DNA of 32,000 bases from Deltaproteobacteria bacterium (lineage in GTDB: Bacteria; Desulfobacterota; Desulfomonilia; Desulfomonilales; Desulfomonilaceae), in assembly GCA_036821825.1 (NCBI GenBank), contig DAISIV010000040.1:39-32038 (forward strand). The letters are read 5' to 3'. The notes under the pieces are model-generated. The model was given only the letters and a program-made list of their open reading frames with translations. It was not told the origin of the DNA and ran no database searches. Of this stretch, positions 1-9,943 are shown in pieces (within the stretch, counting starts at the first letter, position 1; each line of letters starts with the position of its first letter). The position numbers and the translations under genes are program-made.

Positions 1-1294
1 AGTTGTTCGCATCGGTGTTGGAGGTAGTAGGTCCCAGGACGGCCACAGTAAATTTGCCGGGACTCAGCATCTCTGAGGCGTAATCGGAGAGTTCGGAAGC
101 CGAAACCTTGTCTATATCCGATATGATTTTTTCTATCGAGACGTGTTCCCCAAAATAAATTTCACTCTTGGCCAGTCTGTTCATTCGAGCTTCCGATGAT
201 TCCATGGCCAGAATGATGCTGCCCTTTAACTGATTCTTTGCCAGTCTGACTTCCTCAGCCGTAATTGTTGAACCCAGGCTGATTGTGTATTCAGCTATGA
301 CCTCCATGAGTTCTTCAAAACGATCTGGCTCGCAGGCCGAATAAACTCCGAACATCCCAGTGTCTGAATAGGAAGACAGGAAAGAGTAAACATTGTAAGC
401 CAAGCCACGTTTTTCACGAACTTCCTGGAAGAGACGTGAACTCATCCCACCACCAAGAATGGTGTTCAAAATATAACCTGCATGCCGTCTGCCATCTACC
501 TGACTCGGGCCTTCGGAGGCCAGGCATAAATGAACCTGCTCAAGATCCTTGATTTCGACAATCTGGCCCGGGATTGTGACGGGTCTGACCAAAACACCCC
601 TCGGCGCACATGCGTCCAAGCGACCAAACGTAGGAGAAACCAGTTTAACGAACTCTTCATGATCAACTTGGCCCGCAGCGCAAATAAACGTCTGATCAGG
701 CCTGTAATTGTTGCCTTTGAAAGAGGTTAACGAATCACGGTCTATGCACATTATGCTCGGAACAAATCCTAGAATAGGCTGCCCGAGTGGATCGTCCTTC
801 CAGAAATTCATACTGAGCATTTCATGAATCAATTCTTCAGGGGTATCGTCCTGTTGCCTGATTTCCTGACAGATCACATCCTTCTCTCGCTCTATCTCAT
901 CTTCAGGGAATATTGATTCCAGATAAATATCATTCAACAGGTCCGTGGCTAACTCGAGATGCTCAGACATCACCCTGCAGTAGAAAGATGTGAGTTCCTT
1001 ACTGGTAAAGGCATTTAGGGCCCCTCCCACAGCGTCAATCTCTTTGGCAATCTGTAACGCAGATCGGCGATTGGTTCCCTTGAAAAGCATGTGTTCAATA
1101 AAGTGAGAAATACCGTTCAGCTTCTGATTTTCAAGCCTCGAACCGCATCTCACCCATATACCAATGGAAACAGACCTCATGTAAGGGATGTTTTCCGTAA
1201 CTATCCTAACCCCATTGTCAAGTATTGTCTTCTTATAGAGGGATAGGTCGCTAGAACCGTTTGTACAAGAGTGCAGAGCAGGAGGTTGGGTCAT
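1..1294 (-). CDS. M16-family zinc peptidase (insulinase / processing peptidase-like), C-terminal part cut by window edge
   Basis: Minus-strand reading from ATG (cat at 1292-1294) gives MTQPPALHSCTNGSSDLSLYKKTILDNGVRIVTENIPYMRSVSIGIWVRCGSRLENQKLNGISHFIEHMLFKGTNRR, with the inverted zinc motif HxxEH (HFIEH). It lies downstream of rpsO-pnp, a familiar order. Confidence 0.9.
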   Translation of the reverse strand, partial: MTQPPALHSCTNGSSDLSLYKKTILDNGVRIVTENIPYMRSVSIGIWVRCGSRLENQKLNGISHFIEHMLFKGTNRRSALQIAKEIDAVGGALNAFTSKELTSFYCRVMSEHLELATDLLNDIYLESIFPEDEIEREKDVICQEIRQQDDTPEELIHEMLSMNFWKDDPLGQPILGFVPSIMCIDRDSLTSFKGNNYRPDQTFICAAGQVDHEEFVKLVSPTFGRLDACAPRGVLVRPVTIPGQIVEIKDLEQVHLCLASEGPSQVDGRRHAGYILNTILGGGMSSRLFQEVREKRGLAYNVYSFLSSYSDTGMFGVYSACEPDRFEELMEVIAEYTISLGSTITAEEVRLAKNQLKGSIILAMESSEARMNRLAKSEIYFGEHVSIEKIISDIDKVSASELSDYASEMLSPGKFTVAVLGPTTSNTDANN

Positions 1295-1411
1295 TTAGTT
1301 GGACGGGATTCCTTATCTTTTTGAGGGTTCATCGCACGAAAACCATGTTTCACATGATTTCATGCGACGAAAAATCACTCGTTAGCAGTATGTTCTTGAG
1401 ACGAATAAGAC

Positions 1412-3499
1412 TTAATCAGCTTGCTGTCCTTCAGCGTCCTTCTTGGAAAGCTTAATCTTGCCTTGGGCGTCTATTCCAATTACCTTTACAGGGAATGAAT
1501 CGCCCTCTCTCACTACATCAGAAACCTTGCGAACACGCTCATTTGCAAGTTGAGAAATGTGGACCAGCCCGTCAGTTCCCGGGAATATCTCCACAAAGGC
1601 CCCGAAATCGGTGATTTTACGGACAGTGCCCATGTAAACCTTCCCGACTTCTGCTTCTTGGGTGATACTCTTGATGGCGTTCTTGGCCTCTTCAGCCCCG
1701 CTTGCGTCAACCGAGGCGATGACAACTTTTCCTGTATCGTCCACCTCGATCTTGGTGCCGGTCTCTTCCTGAATACCCCTGATGATTTTGCCTCCCGGTC
1801 CGATGATGTCCCTGATTTTCTCCGGATTGACATACATGACATAAATGCGCGGGGCGTATGGTGATATTTCTTCCCGAGGCTTGGATATGGTTTCAAGCAT
1901 CCTGTCCAGGATGTGCCGCCTTCCATCGCGTGCCTGGTAAAGGGCGTTGGTAAGGATGTCCTTGGTTATGCCCTGAATCTTTATGTCCATCTGTAGTGCC
2001 GTTATTCCATCACGGGTTCCAGTAACCTTGAAATCCATGTCACCATGATGATCTTCGTCACCGATTATGTCAGATACCACGACGGTCTTGTCGGAACCTT
2101 TGAAAAGCCCCATGGCTATACCCGAAACCGGTTCCTTGATCGGCACACCGGCGTCCATAAGAGAAAGTGATGAGCCACAGACAGTCGCCATCGAGGATGA
2201 CCCGTTGGATTCAAGTATCTCTGATACCACCCTTATGGTGTAGGGAAAGTCTTCATCATCCGGCAGCAGGTAAGCCACTGCGCGCTCTGCCAAGGCGCCA
2301 TGGCCGACTTCTCTTCTGGATGGGCCGCGCAGGAATTTTACCTCTCCAACCGAAAACGGAGGGAATTTGTAATGCAGCATGAACGACTTGAAGCTAGCGC
2401 CTTCCAGAGCCTCTATCTTCTGCTCATCCGAGGATGTGCCCAAGGTGACAATGACCAGGGCCTGGGTCTCACCCCTAGTGAAAAGGGCGCTACCGTGCGT
2501 CCGCGGAAGAACGCCAATTTCGCATGAAATATCACGGATCTGATCAAACGCTCGCCCACCGATGCGAATACCTTCATCCAGGATCATCCCCCTGACAGCC
2601 TCTCCCTCGAGAGTTTCCAGGTAGCCGTAAATTTCCCCCTTGCGCTCTTTACCTTCATCACCCAGGGAGTCCACTACTGACTCATACAATTCACTCAATT
2701 CTGAACGACGCTCAAGCTTTGCGCCGATATTAAGCTTTTCCCTGATCCTTGGGCCCCATTCCTGCCTGATTTTGCTTATAAGTTCAGCATCCTCAACCGG
2801 AGGAAAAGTCTCTCTTTTGGGCTTTCCACATTGAGCGCGCAAATCATCCTGAGCTGCAACTATTTTAAGTATTTCTTCATAGCCTATGTAAATGGCGTCG
2901 AGGATTGCTTCTTCAGAAACCCTGTCAAAACCTCCCTCCACCATGACAATACCTTCTCTCGAACCTACTACTATCAGGTTGAGATCAGAATATGTGTCTT
3001 CCATTGAGGAGGGGTTTATGATGAGGTTCCCATCTACTCTACCAATCCTGACAGCGCCAATGGGACCTCCAAAGGGAATGTCAGATATGTGCAGAGCCGC
3101 GGAAGCTCCATTGATAGCCATCATGTCGGGTTCGTTTTCACCATCGGAAGACAGGACCGTGGCAATGATTTGGGTTTCGGCAGTGAATCCGTCCGGGAAA
3201 AGTGGCCTGATAGGCCGATCAATAAACCTCGCGGTTAATATCTCCTTCTCGGTCGGACGACCTTCCCTCTTGAAAAATCCCCCAGGAATCTTTCCCGCAG
3301 CATAGGTCATTTCAAGGTAGTCTACGGTAAGAGGAAAAAAATCAATTCCTTCTCTACCTTTCTTTTCAGCAACCGCTGTAACTAATACTACTGTTTCTCC
3401 AGACTGGACAAGAACCGAACCCGAGGCCTGCTTGGCAACGCGCCCGGTCTCAAACGTGATCTGTTTGCTGGAGACATCACAGCTAGATCTATACGCCAT
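1412..3499 (-). CDS. pnp: Polyribonucleotide nucleotidyltransferase (PNPase)
   Basis: 695 aa with RNase PH domains (GRVAKQASGSVLVQSGETVVLVTAV, FFKREGRPTEKEILTARFIDRPIRPLFP), a KH domain (IRDIIGPGGKIIRGIQEETG) and a C-terminal S1 domain (GKVYMGTVRKITDFGAFVEIFPGTDGLVHISQL). Confidence 0.98.
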   Translation of the reverse strand: MAYRSSCDVSSKQITFETGRVAKQASGSVLVQSGETVVLVTAVAEKKGREGIDFFPLTVDYLEMTYAAGKIPGGFFKREGRPTEKEILTARFIDRPIRPLFPDGFTAETQIIATVLSSDGENEPDMMAINGASAALHISDIPFGGPIGAVRIGRVDGNLIINPSSMEDTYSDLNLIVVGSREGIVMVEGGFDRVSEEAILDAIYIGYEEILKIVAAQDDLRAQCGKPKRETFPPVEDAELISKIRQEWGPRIREKLNIGAKLERRSELSELYESVVDSLGDEGKERKGEIYGYLETLEGEAVRGMILDEGIRIGGRAFDQIRDISCEIGVLPRTHGSALFTRGETQALVIVTLGTSSDEQKIEALEGASFKSFMLHYKFPPFSVGEVKFLRGPSRREVGHGALAERAVAYLLPDDEDFPYTIRVVSEILESNGSSSMATVCGSSLSLMDAGVPIKEPVSGIAMGLFKGSDKTVVVSDIIGDEDHHGDMDFKVTGTRDGITALQMDIKIQGITKDILTNALYQARDGRRHILDRMLETISKPREEISPYAPRIYVMYVNPEKIRDIIGPGGKIIRGIQEETGTKIEVDDTGKVVIASVDASGAEEAKNAIKSITQEAEVGKVYMGTVRKITDFGAFVEIFPGTDGLVHISQLANERVRKVSDVVREGDSFPVKVIGIDAQGKIKLSKKDAEGQQAD

Positions 3500-3569
3500 T
3501 TTTTAATTATTCCTCTTTCCCCGATATACTACAAATCAACAACTGCCCCCCTATTGATGGACAGGCAAT

Positions 3570-3839
3570 TTATTTCCTTATGCCCAACTCACCAATAATG
3601 GTCTTGTAACGGTCTACGTTCTTTGTTTTCAGATAATCAAGAAGCCTACGGCGCTGACCAACAAGTTTGAGCAAGCCCCTGCGAGAATGGTGGTCCTTTT
3701 TATGAACTTTGAAATGTTCCGTAAGATAACCGATCCTCTCGCTTAACAAGGCTATTTGGACTTCAGGCGAGCCAGTGTCCTTCTCGTGAATTTTGAACCT
3801 CTCGATGATTGTTTTTTTCTTTTCAGCGGGAAATGCCAA
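3570..3839 (-). CDS. rpsO: 30S ribosomal protein S15
   Basis: 89 aa with [50 protein letters not shown], immediately upstream of pnp. Confidence 0.98.
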   Translation of the reverse strand: MAFPAEKKKTIIERFKIHEKDTGSPEVQIALLSERIGYLTEHFKVHKKDHHSRRGLLKLVGQRRRLLDYLKTKNVDRYKTIIGELGIRK

Positions 3840-4310
3840 CTCTCTTTTTCCTCCTGACAGTCATTGAGCTATCTTGTAGCTTAATCAAATAGTAATACCA
3901 CATGAAGACTGGCAAGTAAACATAATGGAAACAAAGTTTTTTCCTTTTGATCAGATATGTGTTTACAGAGCCTTCCGTCGGGTAGTAATCGTCAACCAAC
4001 CATAAAATACGCAAGTTTTTAAAAAAGTTTCAGCATGCACGCGTGATGTTTGTTCGGCAAAGGTATAAACAAATGTCGGGACTGGAAGATGAATCCAAAA
4101 AGCCCCGCAAACAACTTGCGGTTTGCGCAGCAACTGGCCAGAAGATATTCATGGCCTTAAACAACTGTCCTCTGATATTCCTGCCGTCCGGAATGTCATA
4201 GAGATGGAAGCCAATTTTTTGGCGTGCAACATGATCATTGGTTTACTCATAAGAGTTAATCTTTTCACGAGTCATCACAATGCCAGATTCTATAGATAGA
4301 CGAGGCTAAC

Positions 4311-5444
4311 GTGTCATCAAGCGGACCCGTTCAAAAAAAACCCGGATTTTTTGCGAAGCTCAGGATTCCCAAGAACCTGAACAAACGCAATATTATCATT
4401 TTTTCTGGTGCGATGGCACTTCTCATCGGACTTGTCGGTTATTTTGTTTATCAGTCTTCAGGGTCGAGCAGATCCAAAGCCAAGCTGAATACATCCAAAG
4501 TTGTGCGACGGGACCTCGGCGCTACAGTTCAAGCCACAGGAATAGTCAAGCCTATGGTTGGCTCTGAAGTCAAAGTGGGGGCGAGGACCCCTGGCAAGGT
4601 CATAGAATTGCCAATCAATGTTGGTCAGCAGGTCAAGGAAGGTGAGGTAATAGCGAGGCTTGAGCAGGATGACCTGGCGGCTAAAGTAAAGCTCCAGGAA
4701 GCGATCCTCGCAGAGGCCCGGGCGGAAATGGAACGGGTTGTCAAAGATATAGAACGGGAAAAGCCGCTCATCGAAAAGGGCGTTGTTTCTCAGCAAACAT
4801 TTGACAAAACGACTTCCAATTACGAAATGGCTGTTGCGCGTCATGACAAGGCCAAGGCCGAACTTTTGTATGCCAGGGCAATGCTCTCATACGCCACCAT
4901 TACAGCGCCCATAAAGGGTGTGGTAGCCTCCGTCAATACCATTCAGGGAGAAACCGTCACCACTGGCCTGAATGCCCCTACGTTCATAAAGATCATCGAT
5001 CTGGATCGCCTCGAGGTTCAGGCCTATGTCGATGAAAATGACATAGGCAAGGTCAAGGTCGGACAGGAATCTATTTTTACGGTCGCTTCACACCCGGGTG
5101 AGGATTTCAAGGGAACTGTAACTTCCATCTATCCCTCAGCCACCATACAGGACAATGTCGTCTATTACATAACAACCGTCAGCGTTGATAACTCTGAGGG
5201 GAAGCTTCGGCCCGACATGACAGCGAATGTGATCATTTTCCTGGATCAGAGGAAAGGGGCGCTTACTGTTCCAAACAGGGCGATACAGCGGGAAGGTTCT
5301 CGCAAGTTCGTTTTCCTGATGGAAAATGGCGCCATGGAGAGAAGGTACGTGAATACTGGATGGAAAGACGGTTCCTACACGGAAATTCTTGACGGCCTCA
5401 GAGAAGGCAATGTTGTGGTGGTAGGGGATATCCCCAAGAAATAG
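4311..5444 (+). CDS. Periplasmic adaptor subunit of ABC/RND-type efflux system (MacA/HlyD-like membrane fusion protein)
   Basis: 377 aa with one N-terminal TM segment, a lipoyl-like domain (VIELPINVGQQVKEGEVIARLEQDDLAAKV), a coiled coil and a beta-barrel (IKIIDLDRLEVQAYVDENDIGKVKVGQ). Followed directly by ABC ATPase and permease genes. Confidence 0.9.
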   Translation: MSSSGPVQKKPGFFAKLRIPKNLNKRNIIIFSGAMALLIGLVGYFVYQSSGSSRSKAKLNTSKVVRRDLGATVQATGIVKPMVGSEVKVGARTPGKVIELPINVGQQVKEGEVIARLEQDDLAAKVKLQEAILAEARAEMERVVKDIEREKPLIEKGVVSQQTFDKTTSNYEMAVARHDKAKAELLYARAMLSYATITAPIKGVVASVNTIQGETVTTGLNAPTFIKIIDLDRLEVQAYVDENDIGKVKVGQESIFTVASHPGEDFKGTVTSIYPSATIQDNVVYYITTVSVDNSEGKLRPDMTANVIIFLDQRKGALTVPNRAIQREGSRKFVFLMENGAMERRYVNTGWKDGSYTEILDGLREGNVVVVGDIPKK

Positions 5445-5476
5445 CCTTATTGTAAGATTCTCAATGGAGTTTTAGC

Positions 5477-6175
5477 ATGATCAATGTCCAAAATCTGTCC
5501 AAAGTTTTTAACAAGGACGGGGTAGAGGTTGAAGTTCTGAAGGACATTAACCTAACGATAGAAAAGGGAGAGTTCGTCTCCATAATGGCCCCGTCCGGAA
5601 TGGGCAAGAGCACTTTTCTAAACATATTGGGCTGTCTGGACAAGCCGTCTTCCGGATCTTATACGCTGGACGGATCCCCCGTGCAGAATATGGAGGATGA
5701 CGAACTTTCCCAGGTTCGTAACAGCAAGTTGGGATATGTTTTCCAGTCATTTCACCTTCTGCCGCGTATGACAGCCTGGGAAAACGTCATACTTCCCCTG
5801 ATTTACAGCGATGATGACTCGGACATGAAAGAAAAGGCTGTTGAAGTACTTAATTCGGTAGGGCTCGGGGATCGTATCAACCATCTGCCCAGAGAACTTT
5901 CCGGGGGACAACAGCAACGCGTCGCTATTGCCAGAGCGCTTATCAACAATCCGAGAATAATTTTTGCGGACGAGCCGACAGGAAACCTGGATTCAAGTTC
6001 AAGCGCCGAAGTAATGGATATTTTTAGAACTCTCCATGCTCAGGGTAGAACACTTGTAGTGGTCACTCACGATCCTGATGTTGGGTCCCAGGCAGACCGA
6101 ATGATCGAAATGAAAGATGGCCGCATATCTTCGGATAGACCCACCAGGTCTCTTTCAGAGGAGAACGCTAAATGA
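5477..6175 (+). CDS. ABC transporter ATP-binding protein, MacB/LolD type
   Basis: 232 aa with Walker A (APSGMGKST), signature LSGGQQQRVAIARAL and Walker B (IIFADEPTGNLD). Overlaps the next ORF by ATGA. Confidence 0.95.
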   Translation: MINVQNLSKVFNKDGVEVEVLKDINLTIEKGEFVSIMAPSGMGKSTFLNILGCLDKPSSGSYTLDGSPVQNMEDDELSQVRNSKLGYVFQSFHLLPRMTAWENVILPLIYSDDDSDMKEKAVEVLNSVGLGDRINHLPRELSGGQQQRVAIARALINNPRIIFADEPTGNLDSSSSAEVMDIFRTLHAQGRTLVVVTHDPDVGSQADRMIEMKDGRISSDRPTRSLSEENAK

Positions 6176-7380
6176 GAATTATCAGGATGGCCTCCCAGGC
6201 GCTGCAGGCAATGAAAGACAATAAGGTTAGATCGTTTCTAATGATGCTGGGGGTCATAATAGGAGTGGCTACCCTGACGATAATAACCTCGTCTGTCATG
6301 GGGGCGCGTAGTCAGGTGATGTCGCGTGTTGAGAGGTTTGGGCTGGATCAGATAATGGTCATGGCCGGCGCAGGCCGAAAACCAGGAGTCCCCCAACCTA
6401 CCCCGACTACCCTAAAAGTAGAGGACGCCAATGCCGTCCTGTCTGAAATCTCGAACGTGAAAGATGTCACTCCTCAGATCAATCGCCGTGACATACCCAT
6501 AAAGTATCAGAACAAGAACTCCTATGCAGTAATAGTGGCGACCAACCCAAACTGGTCCGAAATATGGAACACCCAGGCAGAGAACGGTCGCTTTTTAAAC
6601 GAATCCGAGGTTGCGCGTCTCAGCAGGGTGGCTGTCATCGGACAGACCCTGGTAAATGACCTGTTTGAGGGGGAAGACCCGGTTGGTAAACAGATAAATG
6701 TTGCCAACAATCCTTTTGAGATCATTGGTGTCCTTGAAAAAAAAGGTTCATCACCGACGGGCCTGGATTTAGATTCACGCCTAATCATCCCCCTGACTAC
6801 CGGAATGAAACGTGTCTTCAATCAGGATTACATCACAAACATCAAGATTGTGGTCAATGACACCTCCCGGATGGGGGATACTGTAAATGATGTGAAAATG
6901 TTGCTTCGGGAAAGGCATAATTTGGCTCCTGGTGTAGAGGATGACTTCACCATTGTGACACCCACCCTGGTTATGGCCCTGGCTTCAAAGGTCGCTTCAA
7001 CATTCAGCATTTTTCTCATACTTGTTTCACTGGTTTCACTAGTGGTTGGAGCAGTGGTGATAGCCAACATAATGTTCATATCTGTTAATGAGAGGAAATC
7101 TGAAATAGGTATTCGAAGAGCGGTTGGAGCCACTAAAAAAGACGTATTGGCCCAATTCCTTATCGAGTCGGTTACCGTTTCCGCCTTGGGCGGTCTTATA
7201 GGGGCCGTGCTGGGCGTCATCACACTAAACCTTTTGTCCACGTTCTCCAAGATGCAATCTGGCGCTATCCTGATGCCGATAATCATTGCTATTACCTGCG
7301 CAATAATTGTGGGATTGCTGGCCGGAATCCAGCCTGCCAGAAAGGCTTCAAACCTGGACCCGATTGAAGCCCTTAAATGA
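6172..7380 (+). CDS. MacB/FtsX-type ABC transporter permease 1
   Basis: 402 aa with an N-terminal TM segment, a large periplasmic domain and C-terminal TMs with EIGIRRAVGATKKDVLAQFLIESVTVSALGGLIGAVLG and terminal ARKASNLDPIEALK. Confidence 0.93.
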   Translation: MRIIRMASQALQAMKDNKVRSFLMMLGVIIGVATLTIITSSVMGARSQVMSRVERFGLDQIMVMAGAGRKPGVPQPTPTTLKVEDANAVLSEISNVKDVTPQINRRDIPIKYQNKNSYAVIVATNPNWSEIWNTQAENGRFLNESEVARLSRVAVIGQTLVNDLFEGEDPVGKQINVANNPFEIIGVLEKKGSSPTGLDLDSRLIIPLTTGMKRVFNQDYITNIKIVVNDTSRMGDTVNDVKMLLRERHNLAPGVEDDFTIVTPTLVMALASKVASTFSIFLILVSLVSLVVGAVVIANIMFISVNERKSEIGIRRAVGATKKDVLAQFLIESVTVSALGGLIGAVLGVITLNLLSTFSKMQSGAILMPIIIAITCAIIVGLLAGIQPARKASNLDPIEALK

Positions 7381-7441
7381 ACTGGATCAGATTGACCCGG
7401 CAAGAGAATATTTTCGCACACCGTGGGGTGACATTTTATAA

Positions 7442-8665
7442 GTGATGAGGTCATTCAGAGGCATAAGTATAGCTCTCAAGTCACTGACTGCTCACAAGCT
7501 GCGCGTCGCCTTAGCCCTGCTAGCCATCATGATCGGTGTCGCCTCCGTGACTGTGATGGTCGGCATTGGCAAGGGCGCTGAGGACGAAGTTAGGCGAAAA
7601 ATCCAGGGGATGGGGACCAATCTGGTGATGGTGAGCGCTGGAATCTCCAGAAGTGTTAAGGGGCAGATTGGGCAGATTGGCCTTATGACTACTCTAACTC
7701 AGGGTGACGTTAGAACCATCCAGGAGGAGTGCCCGGACGTGGTAAGGGCTGCGCCTGCGTTTTCCAGAAAAGTTCTCGTGAAACATGAAAATATTTCATA
7801 TTCCACCAGAGTCGTGGGCTCTGTGCCCTCCTTCATGCAAATCAAGAATGTCTACATGGACCAAGGGTCCTTTTTCGACGATGATGACGTCAGACTGATG
7901 TCGACCGTCGCGGTGATAGGCCCGACCGTGGTCAGGAATCTTTTTCCGGATAAGCATCCCATAGGTGAAGGAATACGCATTGGAAAGGTGTTGTTCAAAG
8001 TCATCGGGGTAACCGCATCAAAGGGGGACTTTGGTGGTGAGGACGAAGACGATCAAATTTTCATCCCGCTTCGTACCGCAATGAATAAACTGTTCAATGT
8101 GACTTACCTTAGCCATATTTACCTGGAAGCTCGTAGCTTTGAAGAAACGTCACTGGTGCAGGCTCAGGTCAAGGCTCTACTGAGGGAACGCCATCGGTTG
8201 AGACATGATGTGGCTGACGACTTTACAATACAAAACCAGGCTGATGTTGTTGAGGCCGAAAGCTCTGTGGCCAAAACTTTCAGTCTGCTGGTTATTGCTA
8301 TAGCCTCTGTCTCGATGCTCATAGGCGGAGTGGGAATACTCGGGGTGATGCTGCTGTCGGTCAAGGAGCGGGTCTCGGAAATTGGCGTCAGAAGAGCTGT
8401 GGGCGCTCGCCGTAAAGACATATTGATTCAGTTTCTTGTGGAGTCCTCATTCCTGGGGATAATCGGAGGTCTGGCCGGAATTGCAACGGGTTTGATAGCC
8501 TCGCAGTTGTTGAAATTCCTTTCAGGAATGCCTGTGGTATTGTCGCTGAATTACATGATCGCCTCCTTGATATTTTCGGTACTGGTCGGACTGGCTTTCG
8601 GCATTTACCCGGCGTGGAAAGCCGCAGGACTGGATCCCATCCAGGCGCTTAACTCAAAGACATAA
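7442..8665 (+). CDS. MacB/FtsX-type ABC transporter permease 2
   Basis: 407 aa, GTG start, with SEIGVRRAVGARRKDILIQFLVESSFLGIIGGLAGIATG and AWKAAGLDPIQALNSKT. Paralogous to the preceding ORF. Confidence 0.93.
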   Translation: MMRSFRGISIALKSLTAHKLRVALALLAIMIGVASVTVMVGIGKGAEDEVRRKIQGMGTNLVMVSAGISRSVKGQIGQIGLMTTLTQGDVRTIQEECPDVVRAAPAFSRKVLVKHENISYSTRVVGSVPSFMQIKNVYMDQGSFFDDDDVRLMSTVAVIGPTVVRNLFPDKHPIGEGIRIGKVLFKVIGVTASKGDFGGEDEDDQIFIPLRTAMNKLFNVTYLSHIYLEARSFEETSLVQAQVKALLRERHRLRHDVADDFTIQNQADVVEAESSVAKTFSLLVIAIASVSMLIGGVGILGVMLLSVKERVSEIGVRRAVGARRKDILIQFLVESSFLGIIGGLAGIATGLIASQLLKFLSGMPVVLSLNYMIASLIFSVLVGLAFGIYPAWKAAGLDPIQALNSKT

Positions 8666-8666
8666 A

Positions 8667-9428
8667 TCAGGTGAGCCTTTCAAGGATCCAGAGACCTAAC
8701 TCTCTGAAGTCAAATCTGCTTTCACCTTCAAGATCCCTGGCTTGATTCTCCCGGTATACGATTCCAAACTGCCTGTCCATATTAACTTCATTATTCCTAC
8801 AGTAATTGGTGAGAGATGTCTTTGTCATGCTGCCAACCAGGCATGCGCCGACCGAGGATCCCCAGGCAAAATGAGGCCCGTCCCCTCCGCTGTCACCAAT
8901 AATCACAACCTTTGCAGCGGTTAAGCCCAATTTTTTCATGACTGAGTCAGTGTTTGAAGCCTTGTCTGAGGTTTCCAGGACTTGATACTGAAACCTGGGA
9001 TCTGTTTCGACACCCGCAAATTTTATGAACGGGTTGGAAGCCACTATTGGGGCCGGCGGAATGAGTTTGCGATCTATGATCCTCTGAAAGAAACCCTGAG
9101 CGCCTGTTGTGTTTATCATGAACAATATGTTTTTTGAAGCCAGCATCTCTATCATTTCGACGACACCGTTATAAATAGCGAAAGACGCGTCCAGATATGA
9201 GTCCATCTGTTCCGGGGAAAACGGTTTGGGAAGAATCCCGTTTATCTGTGAGACAGCCAGCGACAGAGGAATCTCATTTGATGTGTAACTCTTGAAAATC
9301 CTGTCGAGTTCTTTCTTGAGTTCCGGGTACAGGTAAGCTACCGGGTCAAATGGACCAGTAGGCGCCAGGCATTCATTCCAGTCTGAAGATACCAAACCAA
9401 TGTATTTCATTGTTCTATCCAAATCCAT
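8667..9428 (-). CDS. HAD-like hydrolase fold protein of unknown function
   Basis: 253 aa; possible true start at Met7 (9410). HAD-like motifs: motif I LVSSDWNECLAP, motif II-like FMINTTG, motif IV-like VVIIGDSGGDGPHF. Confidence 0.6.
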   Translation of the reverse strand: MDLDRTMKYIGLVSSDWNECLAPTGPFDPVAYLYPELKKELDRIFKSYTSNEIPLSLAVSQINGILPKPFSPEQMDSYLDASFAIYNGVVEMIEMLASKNILFMINTTGAQGFFQRIIDRKLIPPAPIVASNPFIKFAGVETDPRFQYQVLETSDKASNTDSVMKKLGLTAAKVVIIGDSGGDGPHFAWGSSVGACLVGSMTKTSLTNYCRNNEVNMDRQFGIVYRENQARDLEGESRFDFRELGLWILERLT

Positions 9429-9943
9429 TCCTGTTCTCCTTCTACTTTTAACCTCCTGGATCAGGTTGAGTCAAATCATGAATCATGCTCAGAATTCTAT
9501 GCCCCCCCGTAAGACATTAAAAAACCGCTTGTTTCTACAACGTGTGCTGTCAATCGCTGGATTCATGAAACTGGATCATCTTTATACAATGAATTCAGCC
9601 CCACTTATACGGTCAGGTCAGGCGTATTTTCCGCATCATGAACTAAGACAAGGCCTAATGGAAAAACATTCAGGCTGGCTTCTATCAAATCTGGAGTTCC
9701 AACCATCGGCTAAAGTGTCTATTTACTGAACTCTAGGGAGACTAGGACGACGGAATTTTTCCGAGGATTTACAAAAATTCCTTTTTGGGTCAGGCAATCG
9801 GATTGCTTTATAATTCACGATGCTGTAATGTTAATGAATCTAGGTGAATACACCTTTCTTCGTTTCGGTCTTACCTGATAACAGAATTTTCTTTGTGATT
9901 CTATAAGTTGGTCAAACCCATCAAATCTGAGGAGCTTGAAACA

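Noticed and set aside
1513-3305. Plus-strand and alternate-frame ORFs (1550..1864, 2167..2382, 2300..2527, 2640..2834, 2892..3305, -1513..1926)
   Set aside because: All lie inside the well-supported pnp gene on other frames and show no recognisable domain; typical shadow ORFs.
3823-4310. Intergenic region before the MacA-like gene, inspected for tRNA or small RNA
   Set aside because: No cloverleaf, no strong terminator hairpin, and the 63-aa ORF at 3823..4014 has no supporting features.
9400-9729. 109-aa plus-strand ORF in the intergenic gap before the GlcDF fusion
   Set aside because: No domain, overlaps the start of the HAD gene and has no convincing RBS. I found no convincing RNA structure in 9429-9907 either.
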